Of a DNA stretch of 64,000 nucleotides, positions 25,781 to 37,648 are shown one piece after another; the first letter of the stretch is position 1, and the number at the start of each line of letters is the position of its first letter. A program made the translations under genes and the position numbers. Origin of the DNA: Camelus ferus (Eukaryota); NCBI RefSeq assembly GCF_009834535.1, contig NC_045696.1:68636001-68700000 (forward strand), in the 5' to 3' direction. The notes below the pieces were generated by a model that was not told the DNA's origin, did no database searches, and saw only the letters and a list, made by a program, of their open reading frames with translations.

Positions 25781-28320
25781 ACTGAATACATTGCTATCTT
25801 CTATCACCATGCCCAGTTTGGGTTTTGGGTTTTTTTCTTTTTTTAAGAGAGAGAGCAGGAAAGACAGACAATGTAATACGGCAAAAATTGTGGGCTGCCG
25901 ATCAGCAATCTCTTCCACTAACTGTACTGTGAGATCCACTGTAAATCTCTTTACCTCTCTGAGCGTGGCTCTGTGTCTCCAGCTCAGTAAGAATTTACCT
26001 TAGCTCAGTTAAGAGTGTAAAGATAACAAAGATTGAAGAGGAATACAATACTCATGCCAAAATTATGAGAAACATTTGATTGAAGTGGTTTCTTTGGGTT
26101 TTCATTCTTTGGGATTATTTTTCTCAAACTTCATCTTTCTTCAAACAAAGGACCAGAATATTTTTATGAAGTCTTCGTTTTCTATATCATAAATATAATC
26201 AAAACATAGTCTTTAGCTAGAAATATATTATCCCAGAGGCAAAAAAAAAAAAAAAAAATTCAGTTTCCTACACAATGACTCCAGAGAACCTTTTGCAGAA
26301 GACAATTGATTTCCACCAGCATACTCATTAATTTTCATGACACCCTCCCTAAGTTTTAGAAACAAATGAACTTATTAATATTTGAAGACACTGGGCAGTA
26401 TTTTCTGGGCCACCTCATTAAAAAGGCTCTACTGTCAACTAAAGACAAGGAAGGGGGAGTCTAGACCCAAAGACTAACATTAGAGCAGGTCCAATGAGAA
26501 GCCAGGGGCTCTGCCACTGTGAAGGGAAATTGGAATTTAGAAACACTGAAGGCATCATACTGGTTTTCAAAATTGACGTTTCTCAATCCCTGATTGAAGG
26601 GTGGTTGGGATTTGGGCTGAGACAAGAAAGAGAATTCCAGGAGTCACAATAAGCCGATATCCAACAGATCAGTTACTCAACACACAGCACCAGAAATAAT
26701 GCCCCAGATTCTCAGGAATCTCTTTAAGTTTTGCCTTAGACTCTCAATTCCCTGCCTCCTCCTGTGTGATGCTATCTTTGTTCCTCTCCCATTGCTCATT
26801 GCTTCACAGCATATTCTGCTACCTTATCTTTTAGATAATGTTTCCATTGGACTATCTTCCTGACTCAGTCTTCATCCCTGGATTCCATGTGGCTTAAACA
26901 TATGGGAAATTTATTCACGTCTATAACAAGGCCAGCAGTAAGGTAAACCCTAGGGTTCACATAGGCCTGTGGCCCTGGCTCTGCCTTCCTCTGAGGTTTC
27001 ATCTTCAGCCTACTAGCGAGACAGCTGTGGACTTTCCAGACTTCAAACTCAGGAATGGATTGTCCAGAGAATAGAGAAGGGTCACTTTTTGGAAATTCTG
27101 CTTGGAAAGTGAGAAAGGATTTCCCAGAAGCCCTCTGCAAACTCCTCTTTATATCCCATTGACCAACTTTGTGTCAGATGGTCATTTATGAATCAATCAC
27201 TGGCAAGGGAATGTGATTTCTTTTGGATAAATCAGGCCTTTCTTTGGAGCTGGAGGTGAAACATGTGAGCTTTGTGAGAGAAAGGTAGATCCCTGAAAAA
27301 AATTGATGATTTTTAAGGGAACATGAAAAATGAACACTAAGCAGGCAACCCACAATGTCCAGGAAGTCAGATATTTAGGTCTCTCTTGGCTCTAAACTCA
27401 ATGGCTTCATTCCCTTGCCTGTCTCAGATTTTCTGATCCCAGATTGGGTCCAATGAAAATGGCCCTCACTTGTCTAGAAGTGACATTAAGTCACCAGAGA
27501 CGGAAGCAGAAAGAGGGAAGACATGATTTTGAGAAGATGGCATTGATTGTGGGATACTACAAAATTCAGTTCTGAAGAGCAGAGTTCAGGAGTAAGACTT
27601 ACAGCTCTGTTGTCACCAGCTGTGGCATCTGGGGTATTCAATCTCAGTACCCAGTGAGCCTCAGTTTCCCCATTTATTAAATGAGGATAACAGTACTGGC
27701 CTCAGTGTTGTTGTGAAGATTAACTGAGGTATTAGAAATAGAGTGCTCTGACCTTGGCACTTCTAATGGATGTTCAATAAGAATGGTCATTTTTAAAATA
27801 TGTCTGAGGAGAAGTGAGAAGACAGTCCATGGGGAAAATGTTGGGGAGTGTGGTTGGCAGGAATGATGGTAGGTCCTGGAAGCCTTGAGGGCAAAATCTT
27901 GGGAGTGAAGAGGGAAAGTTTTGATTTGAGAAGAAAAGAAATGGACTGAAATCACTCATTCCTGTCCCTGTTTGGTTTTATAGCTCAAGTTTCAGGGAAA
28001 TAAGTCTCACAAGTGGGATAGTTCAGTAGACAGAGTGCTAGCTCTCAATTATTAGAGTTTTGTTCCTCCTACATTATCTTCAATAAATCACAAAAACATG
28101 CACCTCGACAGAGTTGTGTGAACTTGGGCAAATTATGTTCCTTCTCTGAGTCTTTATTTCTCAACCTATAAAATGCAGATCTCTCATATTCCCTGGGCCC
28201 TAACATACTGTGAGTTAAACAACAAAATTAGAATTTTGGCACAGCGCTTCCAGAAGGTTTCTATTTCCTTCTCAGACTTGTGGTGTAAGCAGTATATTAT
28301 GATGGTTTTCAACTTGACTA

Positions 28321-28690
28321 GTGTTAAAAAACAAAATTGAACTGAGTAAATTTTGAAGATCTTATTGGCTTTATTCAATGAATCATTAATTGAGCAGATC
28401 CCATCTAGCAGATAGAAAGGAGCTCTGAAGACCTGTACAAAATGAAAAACTTTTAAAGACAGAAGGGAGCAGGACGTGGAAATTACACTAGCAAAGAATG
28501 GATTGGTTGTGGTAAGGTCACCTTCCTTTAGGGGACAGCAGGGGACTATCAGGCAGATTATGGCACTAGTGCTGACCAGGTAACTCCATATTGACTGATT
28601 TAAGATTCCATTCCTGGGAGAGGCTGAAACTGTAATTAAGTTAGGTATTAAGTCCTGGTTTTATGATATGGGGCTTAGCACAAGTGACTC
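28321..28690 (-). mobile_element. ERV1-type LTR fragment
   Basis: tgttaaaaaacaaaatt...aagatcttattggctttattcaatgaatc resembles the reversed 3' end of MER4-group LTRs (AATAAA on minus). Confidence 0.5.
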
Positions 28691-28703
28691 TTTTCTAGGC
28701 TCC

Positions 28704-28707
<4 letters not shown>

Positions 28708-28734
<27 letters not shown>
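28708..28734. repeat. (TC)n microsatellite
   Basis: Directly visible. Confidence 0.9.
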
Positions 28735-28739
<5 letters not shown>

Positions 28740-31380
28740 ACCCTAGCCACAAAGAAATTCCTCCTTCTTAGACATTTTCTCTTCTTTTTATCTAGAAGAT
28801 AAAAAGAATGCAAACGTAAGCCTCAGAATCAGGGCCTGGGGCTAGACGATTCATTCCCATGCTGTTATCTTTTGAAGGGTTAATAGCTACCCCTGCACTA
28901 TCCCCATTTCTTACCTACCTGAATTCTATTTCAGACAAACAAAGTGATTATGAAAAAGGCAATCTTCCAGAGACACTGGCAAGTCTGATTAACTCTGGTA
29001 ATGAAATTATTCCAAGCTCTGCCACCCACAAAGATCTGGCAAGAACAAAAGGATGGGTGTTTGTACACATGCCTTGTCATACATAGTTAGTGAGCAACTC
29101 AGTGTCACTTGTCTCAGGCTTCCAAATCTCTTGGCAAATAGTAACTCGCTTATCCTCAGAGCCCTCCCAGAAGGAAGGTCATTAGTATTCACTCTAATGA
29201 AAAGCCAAGAAATTAGAGTTTTCCTAAAGCCAAAAAATCAATGCCAGCTTTGCAAATCCAGTTGAGGCTTCCTAGGTTCTACATGAAGTTCTTACTCCCA
29301 TACTGGGGAGTAAACTATTACAGAATCCTTGAATTTAAGAAGTGGAAGAACCTTCATGGATACCTATGCCAACCAAGCACATCCAGTCTTAATCCCTTTA
29401 GTTAACATCTCCACCAAGATGTCATCTAGCCTCACTGGAACACATCTAATGAAGGTTCCTATAGAGAATATGCAGGAAAGGAGCCTAGAGACTGTCAGTA
29501 TGAGGACTGTGTGTGTGGGTAGGCGGGTGGGAGAGGGTGATTAAGGAATTCTGTAGAGCACTGGAGGGAAGGAGGAGAGAACTGAGATCATACCTGGGGT
29601 TTGGGAAATATGAAAACAAAAACCCAGTCTGGGCTTCCCCACTGGTCAGTGTTTCATAAGCAATACCTTAAGGGAGTGGATGGGCTGGGCAGACCAGAGT
29701 AGGGAATACACCACTTCCTTAAGCAGCCCTTACTTCCATTCATCATTTGGCTCTTGTACATCTTGATCTTTCTGAATTCTGTGGCAAGGACCATAATATT
29801 GGGCTGAGCATAATGAGACTTCAGTATCATCCTACATCTGCTAGCAATTACCAGTGTTATCTTGGACAAGTTTTTAAAAACTTGTCTGAAACTTAGAAAT
29901 AGGCAAGATAAATTATTGGGTGTTCTTTTAGTGTGGATTTGACTTTCTATATATTGGATGATTTTACTTCACTATAAGGCAAAGGCTTATTTGGAAAATT
30001 TTGTTCAGTAAAGATGCAGATAATTTCTTCCCAGTGGAAACAGTAGTCTGAAAGTTTATGGTTTATGATCCTGTTAAACATGAACCAGTTTTTGTATAGC
30101 TTTGAACCCAGCAAGCCTTTAAATTGCCTATACATATCTAGCTTCTCAAATGTTCTTTGGGCTGGTTTTAAATCTTAATGCTTTTCTCATTAATTAATGA
30201 GCTCAATAAAATTTTTAAAACCTATTCATTTAACATCTGTATGAGAGACATTATTTGTACCTTTTTGAAAATTATGCTTTAACAGGCAATTCACTTCTGC
30301 CTCTGAAGATTTGGTTTTCTTGTCTGTTAAAAAATGCATTAGGACTAGAGGATCTCTAAGAGCTCATTCTAAGGTATCTGAGCCCCTAAGCCACCTGGGC
30401 CCCTATTTCCCAGCTTCCCAGGGTCTCTGGAGAAAGGGCCACGTGAACTCTCCAGAGCTGAGAATTAGTGCCTGCCAGCACCATTCCCTGCCATCCAGTC
30501 CCAGAGAGAGGTGGTCATTTCACACCAGAACACTGCTTGTTTGGAAGTTCCCAGGAGCAAGACCATGTTGTTTCACCTGATTTATTTCCATTCCCCCACC
30601 TTTACCTCTCCCAACCATTCCCTACTTCCCAATATATAAACCTCAGAAATTCCTAGTTTCACACCCCAAGCTTTTAGGTTAATTCACCCCTGAGTGTTCA
30701 CCTCTTTGACATCTTTAAATGGAAATTGGTGACATTTGGCCTCCACTGAGGCAGCAGGGGTCAGTTTCTCCCCTCACTCCCACTGCTGCAAAGGGCTGGG
30801 TCAGGATTCCTCTCTAAACCTGCTTCCAGCTCTGACAGCTGATGAATCTGTCCTTCCAAATCTCCAGAGTCTTCTCTTCCTCTGATTTACTGGCCTGAGG
30901 ATGTTCAGACATCATACTTAAACTGAAAGTGCCTTGAGTTAGCCAGGGGTGAAGATGTAAAGGATAGATGGAAGCATGGAACAAGAAAGGCAGGTCAAGA
31001 AATGTCAGTGGATGCATTCAGCATTCCTTGAAATCCATAGCTTTTGGCCCTGGACTATAATTAATGACCAATATTTAGAAAAACTTTTCCATTTCTAGAG
31101 ATGACTGATTTTGTTAACAGTTTTTTGCTGAGCCTTCCCGGGTCAGATCTCTGTTTGCTGAGAATTACATCAGTGCTTACAGTGTTCATAAAATAAATAT
31201 TTTTCTGTTTCTGTTCCTGGCTTGGCTGCCTGGACTGTCTGATAGATAATACTTCCCCATGGCTTGATGAGCTGCTGCTGAATTTCTCTTCATTTCTTTC
31301 TTCCCTCCAGTAACATCCCAGTCGGTTATTCATAATTTAATTACCCAGCATGGGGATGGAGTAATGTTTGCTAGGCTGCC

Positions 31381-31928
31381 TAGGGGTCAAAAGATTTTCC
31401 CTTCCTTCCTTCTAGGTTTTTTGCCTGGCCTAATAATTAAATTATAAGACAGATTAACAGGAGAAAGTCAAACAAAATTTAATAACATGTATACCTCCTG
31501 TATACATGGGAGAAACCCAGGGAAACTGAGTAACTCCCCAAGATGATCAGAGTCATCATGTTAAATACCATCTTCAGCTAAAGACAAAAGAAGATATTGA
31601 GGGTGGGGAATCAGTTATAGGAGGTGACCAAGAAAAGCACAGGAAATAGTGTAAGGTTGTCACGCAGACTTAAGTCCTTGCCTTCTCCATTGGTAAGAGT
31701 GTAAGAGTTTCTCGAGATTTAGAGTCACTCTTCTCTTCCTGGTACAGAGAAGGAGACATCCTCACACAGAGATTTCCCTTATAAATGTAAATATTGTTTA
31801 CAAAAGGGTAACTTCTACTCAGTTCTCAGAGCTTTTCCGCTGTCTGCTGTTTCTTAAAAGTAATTGGCCTAAAATAATCCTTTTGCCAAAGAGGCATACG
31901 TTAGGATGACAGATTCTGCTCCCCTTCA
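31381..31928 (-). mobile_element. ERV1-type LTR (MER4-group, MER34/MER39-like), probably a 3' LTR
   Basis: Minus strand begins TGAAGGGGAGCAGAATC at 31928 directly after a purine-rich PPT-like tract (aaaggcaggac) and ends ...cttttgaccccta; family recognised by eye. Confidence 0.55.
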
Positions 31929-32563
31929 GTCCTGCCTTTGAAACTTCCAGCAAGAAGTTTCACAATCCAGAAGCTAAGCTGATAGATTGCTCCATATCTC
32001 ATTAAATCTGTCTCAGTCTTGAGAATAGGTCAGTTCAGTTGAATAGTTGTGTCTCATTTCAGGAGGTGGTCTTGTATGTGGGCTCCCCAAATTAGACCTA
32101 TATAATGTGAGAAATCAGGTATTTAATAAGGTTTCTGTGGAAACAAAAGAAAAACAAAGGTTAATGATTACAGCAGACTGAAAACCCAGTCTGAGTTCTG
32201 AGGACAGACTGTCGAGAAGATTTCTAGATGGGGTCAAAGCATCTTTTGTAGTTTGAATGTCTCTGATGATGTCATCACACGTTCGGGTAAACTTTCTGAG
32301 TGGCCCACACAACGACAAACACAAAAATTGTCTAAACATAAGCTGTTATGTTGATTGCTCTGAAGCTTATATCAAGTCATTCACATTTAGGTTGCAGGGT
32401 TTCAGGGAAAGGGGCAGCTTATGTTCGTAGTGATTTCAAGTCAAAAGGGTAAAAGAATTGGAAATATTAGTTTGGAGAGGTATAGCCAGATATTGGAGGA
32501 AACTAGAAGAATTCAGGATTCAGTCCAGTTTACAGGTAAATAACAAAACCTCACTATATCTGG

Positions 32564-32671
32564 TTTTGTTTTTTGTTTTTTGTTTTTCCCGTAGCAGAGG
32601 CACTGGGTATTAAACCCAGGACCTCCTGCACGCCAAGCATGCGCTCTACCACTGAGCTATACCCCTCACCC
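32564..32671 (-). mobile_element. tRNA-Ala-derived SINE (Vic-1-like, camelid)
   Basis: Minus strand GGGGTATAGCTCAGTGGTAGAGCGCATGCTTGGCGTGCAGGAGGTCCTGGGTTTAATACCCAGTGCCTC (Pol III A box, degenerate B box) followed by an A-rich tail. Confidence 0.8.
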
Positions 32672-32880
32672 TTCGCACTGGAATCTCATATACACAAAAG
32701 TGTCTTACTGAAATACAATTTTTCTCTCTAAAATCACCCTCATTTCTACCAAAGACAGTCAAATTAAGTCTAATTTCTTTGCAAAATACATCTAGTTCCA
32801 AAAAAATTTGATTATTTATTCAAGTATAGCAAGAATAGCAATTGATCAGAGAGGCTCATTTAAATCTGTTTTGCTGAAAC

Positions 32881-33017
32881 TTTGTTTTTTGTTTTTGGTG
32901 GGGAAGGTAATTAGGTTTATTTATTATTTAGTTATTCTTAGAGGACGTACTGGGGGTTGAACCCAGGACTCCATGTGTGCTAAGCATGCAGTCTACCACT
33001 TGAGCTATACCCTCCCC
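32881..33017 (-). mobile_element. tRNA-Ala-derived SINE (Vic-1-like, camelid), second copy
   Basis: Minus strand GGGGAGGGTATAGCTCAAGTGGTAGACTGCATGCTTAGCACACATGGAGTCCTGGGTTCAACCCCCAGTAC plus tail; candidate TSD ctgaaacttt (32874-32883) / ctggaacttt (33019-33028). Confidence 0.82.
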
Positions 33018-34881
33018 ACTGGAACTTTTCTTAAAAAACAAACAAACCAAAAAAACAGGTTGAACTTTAAAACCTATTGAGGCCAGGAAACCAAGTTAAG
33101 GACTTGCCATCAGATATATCCTGCAATATTAATAGATTTCGATGAATTCCTCTTTTCAAGTCCTGAGCTTCCTGTACCTGCCAGGAAGTGACTTCCCTTA
33201 TTCACTTGGTTAGGCTGCTAGGAATTCTGTAAACAAAGGCAAGCCAGTATTTCCAAGGGATTTTATTGGCTTCATAAAGTCAGCCTTAGTTCCTTAAAGC
33301 TATCTGGTCATATCTGAGTCTATACACAGTCTCAAATCTGACATCTTAGTCAAAGCCTTGATAATATAGTCAGTGTTTCCAATAGTGTCCTCTTACAAGA
33401 ACAGATTCTTATTGAACTTATGCAAATAAATATATGACTATGAAAGTAAGAATACTCATTGAGAGTTTCCAAATTCTGGGGGAACTGGGAAGGGAGAAAA
33501 AGATAAATGTGTCATCTTTGTTGGTAGCTTAAGATAAAAGGGGGAAAGTTTTCCTCAAATCTGGAAAAACTAAAACTTTTTTAAAAATTGGTGATGTTTC
33601 AAATAAAAAATCATAGCAATTGTAATCATCCTCATTGGTTTATTCTGTCCCACGTTATTAATTCTTATTCTGCTGGAATCCAGTTTGTCCCTTAGTTCTG
33701 GAAATCCCTACTCAGTTCAGTTTTATGACCTTGATATTATCAGAAATATGTGTTCTAGAGTACTTGTTTGAGTCCTTTCCATGAATCTCTCTGAAGATGA
33801 CATGTATTTGCAAAAGCATCAAAGTAAAAGAGTAACTCTGTAAATGACCAAGGCTTTAAAATGGCCATGGCTAAAGATCTCATGAAACTTCATTATAATG
33901 CAGTTGACAAGGAAATTTTCTTATTTCTGTGACACTTCAAGGCAATAACCAGAATTAAAAGTGATAACATACCAGGACATATCAGATTGCATATAATTTC
34001 TGGAACACTTATATTAATAACAGCCACATAAATATAATCTAAGGAGGTTTAGTATCATTTATTTGGCAATGCTTCCTATGTAATCCAACATATCAAACAA
34101 ACCTAATTAATTCAGCATCTCTCCTTGTAGAGGAGACATTCTTTTGAGACATTCCAGAGGCCCTCTGGGAAGTCCCAAAGTTAGTCTGAGGTCAAAAGAC
34201 TACATTTAGATTTTAATTTTGGGAAATTTGTCAAAAATATCAACAGGTTTGGACTCGACTAAATAAGATTACAGATCATTATGAAACAATACTTAAATCA
34301 TCTATTTGACAAAGTGATAAAGTATTTCAAAAGCAAATGCAGAAGGTTACATAGTTGTTAACAAAACTTTACTCTTAGCACTGAGAAGATTCAGTTATCA
34401 AAGATCTTATTGAGACTACATGAAGCACAGGAAATTATTTTGATAGAACATAGAACTTCTGTTTTTTAGCCAGATTACTTAATAGGTAAAGAAAAACTTT
34501 TCACAATCTCTTATCAGGAGCATACCAACAATCCAGTAAAACTTTGTCCTTTCAGTAGATTAAAAAAGAAATTCAAGATTTAGTTTTATTTTAAAAACCC
34601 TTTTAATAATTCAATTTTAGCCAACTTGATTAGACAAGATAAAATCCTTCTCTCTCTCTTTCTCTACTATATATATGTGTATATATACCCTTAATTTGTC
34701 CTCTGCTTCTCTATTTTCCTCATTTCATTCTAAAATAGCCAGTTTTACTTTAGGACAAATTTACTTTCTTTTCTGTTAACAAAAAAGCACCTCCATATCT
34801 CATACCTTTTCTTAGCCAAAATCACATCCTACTTTCCTTACGCACATAATTGTTCCCCTTATTATTTCTAATAGTTCATAT

Positions 34882-34980
34882 ATAGTTGACCCTTGAACAA
34901 CATGGATTTGAACTGCATGAGTCCACTAACATGCAGATTTTTTCAATACATATGTACTACAGTACTACATGATCTGAGTT
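34882..34980 (+). mobile_element. Tigger2-like (TcMar-Tigger) terminal fragment
   Basis: agttgacccttgaacaacatggatttgaactgcatgagtccact resembles the Tigger2 TIR region. Confidence 0.65.
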
Positions 34981-36579
34981 GGTAATTCCATTGGGCAGAC
35001 CCCCTTCCCCCATTTCAGTATGTGGGTTTTTTTTTTTTTTTTCTGTTGAGCTGATCAGTTTTCCCAATGAGGAACTGTCCATTATCCGTGTATTTGAGGG
35101 GACGATGGGTAGGATATAATGCTGCCTTCTAAGTTTGGTAGCGGGCTAAGGGAGTGCATCTATTCAGTATGTAAACTTTCACTGTCTTTCTGATTGCTAG
35201 GTGGTACTCCCTCCCTTAACTATGCCTGAGTCCCTGAGCCCAGAGTCCCTTTGGGTCAATGTCTTCAGAGAATAAACCTCCACTGTTCATCCTGGAGTAA
35301 GTTAAGAGTAGTTACCAGGCTGCATAGGAGTGGGGAAAAGGAAATTTATATAGAGGCTTTCAACCAATCCTCCCACTTCAGGCTTCCTAATACCCACATT
35401 CAGAGCTACTTATTGCCTACAGTTTTTTAGTTTTTCTGAAATTGTACCACATCATTTGCCTTGCACCTCAGTTTTCCCTTGCCTAACTTCTATTCCAGAT
35501 TTCTCTACTCTGCTAAGTCATTTCCCTATCACTAGTCCATCAGTTTTCTAGCTTCTAGCCATTCTCTTTGCCCTTGTGTATTGATGCCCTTTTCCCCCTT
35601 TTACATCACACAGTAGGATTGCAAGCGTGATCAGAAGGAAATGCATATGTTCAATCCACCATGTTTAATTAGAAGTTATTAACCTATTATAGAGATGGAG
35701 AAGCTGAGGCTCAGGGAAGGATGATGACTTACCCCAGGTCATATTACACAACCAAGCTAGAAATAAAATCTCTAGTCTCCAGGTGAATGTTCTTTGTGAA
35801 AGAACCAAAAAGGTATGAAAACAAGAGGAATGCACACATTTAGTAGCGTGCTTTGGGGATGTGGGAATATATAAAAGCAGAGTACTGATGAGAGTGGCCT
35901 GAGAGGAAATGAAAAGAGGTGGTTAGGAAAAAAGGAAAGGTTTTCATCCGTGGGTTTTCCTGCATCTTGTGTTTCACTGTCTTCAAATTCCTTCAAGATA
36001 TTTATTATCTATAAGAACCTTTCTATGTGTTTACCACTCTTCTTTTTCAAGCCAGACTCCTCACTGTTTCTATCCTATACTCTATTATTTCCCAGAAATA
36101 TATGGTGTTTTCAAAATATGATTCTACTCAGATTGCCCATAGTCTCAGATGTTTGCAATGACTCCCCATTACGTATGAGGTAAAATCCAAATCCCCTCAT
36201 TATTTCAATAATTCAAATTCCTGAACTGTTTGAGGAGAAGGGTTTATAGGGGAACAGTGGATAAGGAATAACTTGACAGAAGAAGGGACAATAAGCACTG
36301 GTGACAAGGAGGAGACATTAAATATGACTGAGGTAAGCTTGGATGACTAGGGCAAATTAGAACAGGAAAGTCAGAGACGTTGATGAGCGTGGTTTTGAAC
36401 GTGAGGATGTAGATACGGCGATATGAGAACCATGTGGAAATGTCTAGCAGACATATGGAAATAGGTAGTGAAAGGTGTAGCCATGTGTCACAAGATCTCA
36501 GGACTGGCAAGTTCTTACATGCTTCCCACTCCAGTGCTGGAAGGAGTGAAAGAATATGATAACTCCAAGGGTCACCAAA

Positions 36580-36685
36580 CTACTTAAGCCCACCCAAATA
36601 TCTCCATCCTAAACAGGTTTCCTTTGATTTGATGACTCTTTAGAAAATCTCTTTAGGATTGGGATATTTGGGTGGGTTTAAGTAG
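36580..36685. repeat. Long inverted repeat (44-bp arms, 18-nt spacer)
   Basis: 36580-36623 pairs with 36642-36685: 38 Watson-Crick pairs, 3 G:T and 3 mismatches on the + strand (counted by hand). Confidence 0.9.
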
Positions 36686-36812
36686 GAGAGGAAAAAGAAT
36701 AAGAGGGGATAGGTATATTAATATTTCTAATCAATAAAACACTCTTTGTTGTTGTTAAAACTGAAGCATACCTAAAACATAATTGCCTGATATCTGCAGT
36801 GATATTGATAAC

Positions 36813-37315
36813 TGTATTAGTTTCCTGTTGCTACTGTAACAAATTATCATAAATTCAGTGCCTTAAAGCAACACAAACTTACTATCTTATAGTTCTGGAG
36901 GTTAGAAATCTAAAATCAGTCTCACTGGGCTAACGTCATGTGTCAGCAGAGCTGGTTCCTTCTGAGGCTGTAGGGGAGAATCTATTTCTTTGCCTTTATG
37001 AGCTTCTAAATGCTGCCTGTATACCTTGACTCATGGCCTCTTCCTCTATCTTCAGAGCTCATCACTTCAATCTCTGATTGTATCCTTAAAATTTTTTTTC
37101 TGACTTTAACCCTCGTATAAGGACCCTTGTGATTACATTGGTCCATTTGGATAATCCAGGATAATCTCCTTGTTTCAAGATCCTTAAATTAATTACATCT
37201 GAAAAGTCCCTTTAGCCACGTAAAGTATTATATACTTTATATATTACAAACATATTACAGGTTCTGGAGATTAGGACATGGATATCTTTGGGGAACCATT
37301 ATTCAGTCTACTACA
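36813..37315 (-). mobile_element. MaLR solo LTR (MLT1C/D-like)
   Basis: Termini tgtattagtttcctgttgct...attcagtctactaca, with a perfect 5-bp TSD ATAAC (36808-36812 and 37316-37320). Confidence 0.88.
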
Positions 37316-37648
37316 ATAACTTTCTGGTAACACTCAGAACCCTTAGTTCTTGTCAGCCTATGGTCTACATATATATTGATATCAATGAATGAGTGAATGA
37401 ATGAGCCAAAACCTTCGAATGATTTAACAAATATTCATTATTGGGTCCATTATCTGATAGGTCATGTTTCGAACTATCTGCAAAGGAGGTCCAGAAACCA
37501 GTGCTTATTCTATAAACTTGATCCTGCATTGGTCTCAGAGCAAATTCTCTGTCAATATTAAAATGGCAGCCAATTCACTGATTACTATGGAATTAAGACA
37601 AGAGAAGAGAAGTCTTTTCATTTTTGGTTTCATCATAACGTTTCTTTG

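Larger units (their letters stand above)
31929..34880 (-). mobile_element. Degenerate non-coding ERV internal sequence (MER4-group-like) carrying two SINE insertions
   Basis: Contiguous with the LTR, AT-rich, no long ORFs; resembles non-autonomous ERV1 internal regions. Confidence 0.45.

Noticed and set aside
32595..32666. Possible functional tRNA-Ala gene
   Set aside because: T-loop mutated (TTTAA instead of TTCGA), anticodon altered to GGC and an A-rich retroposon tail is present; it is a SINE.
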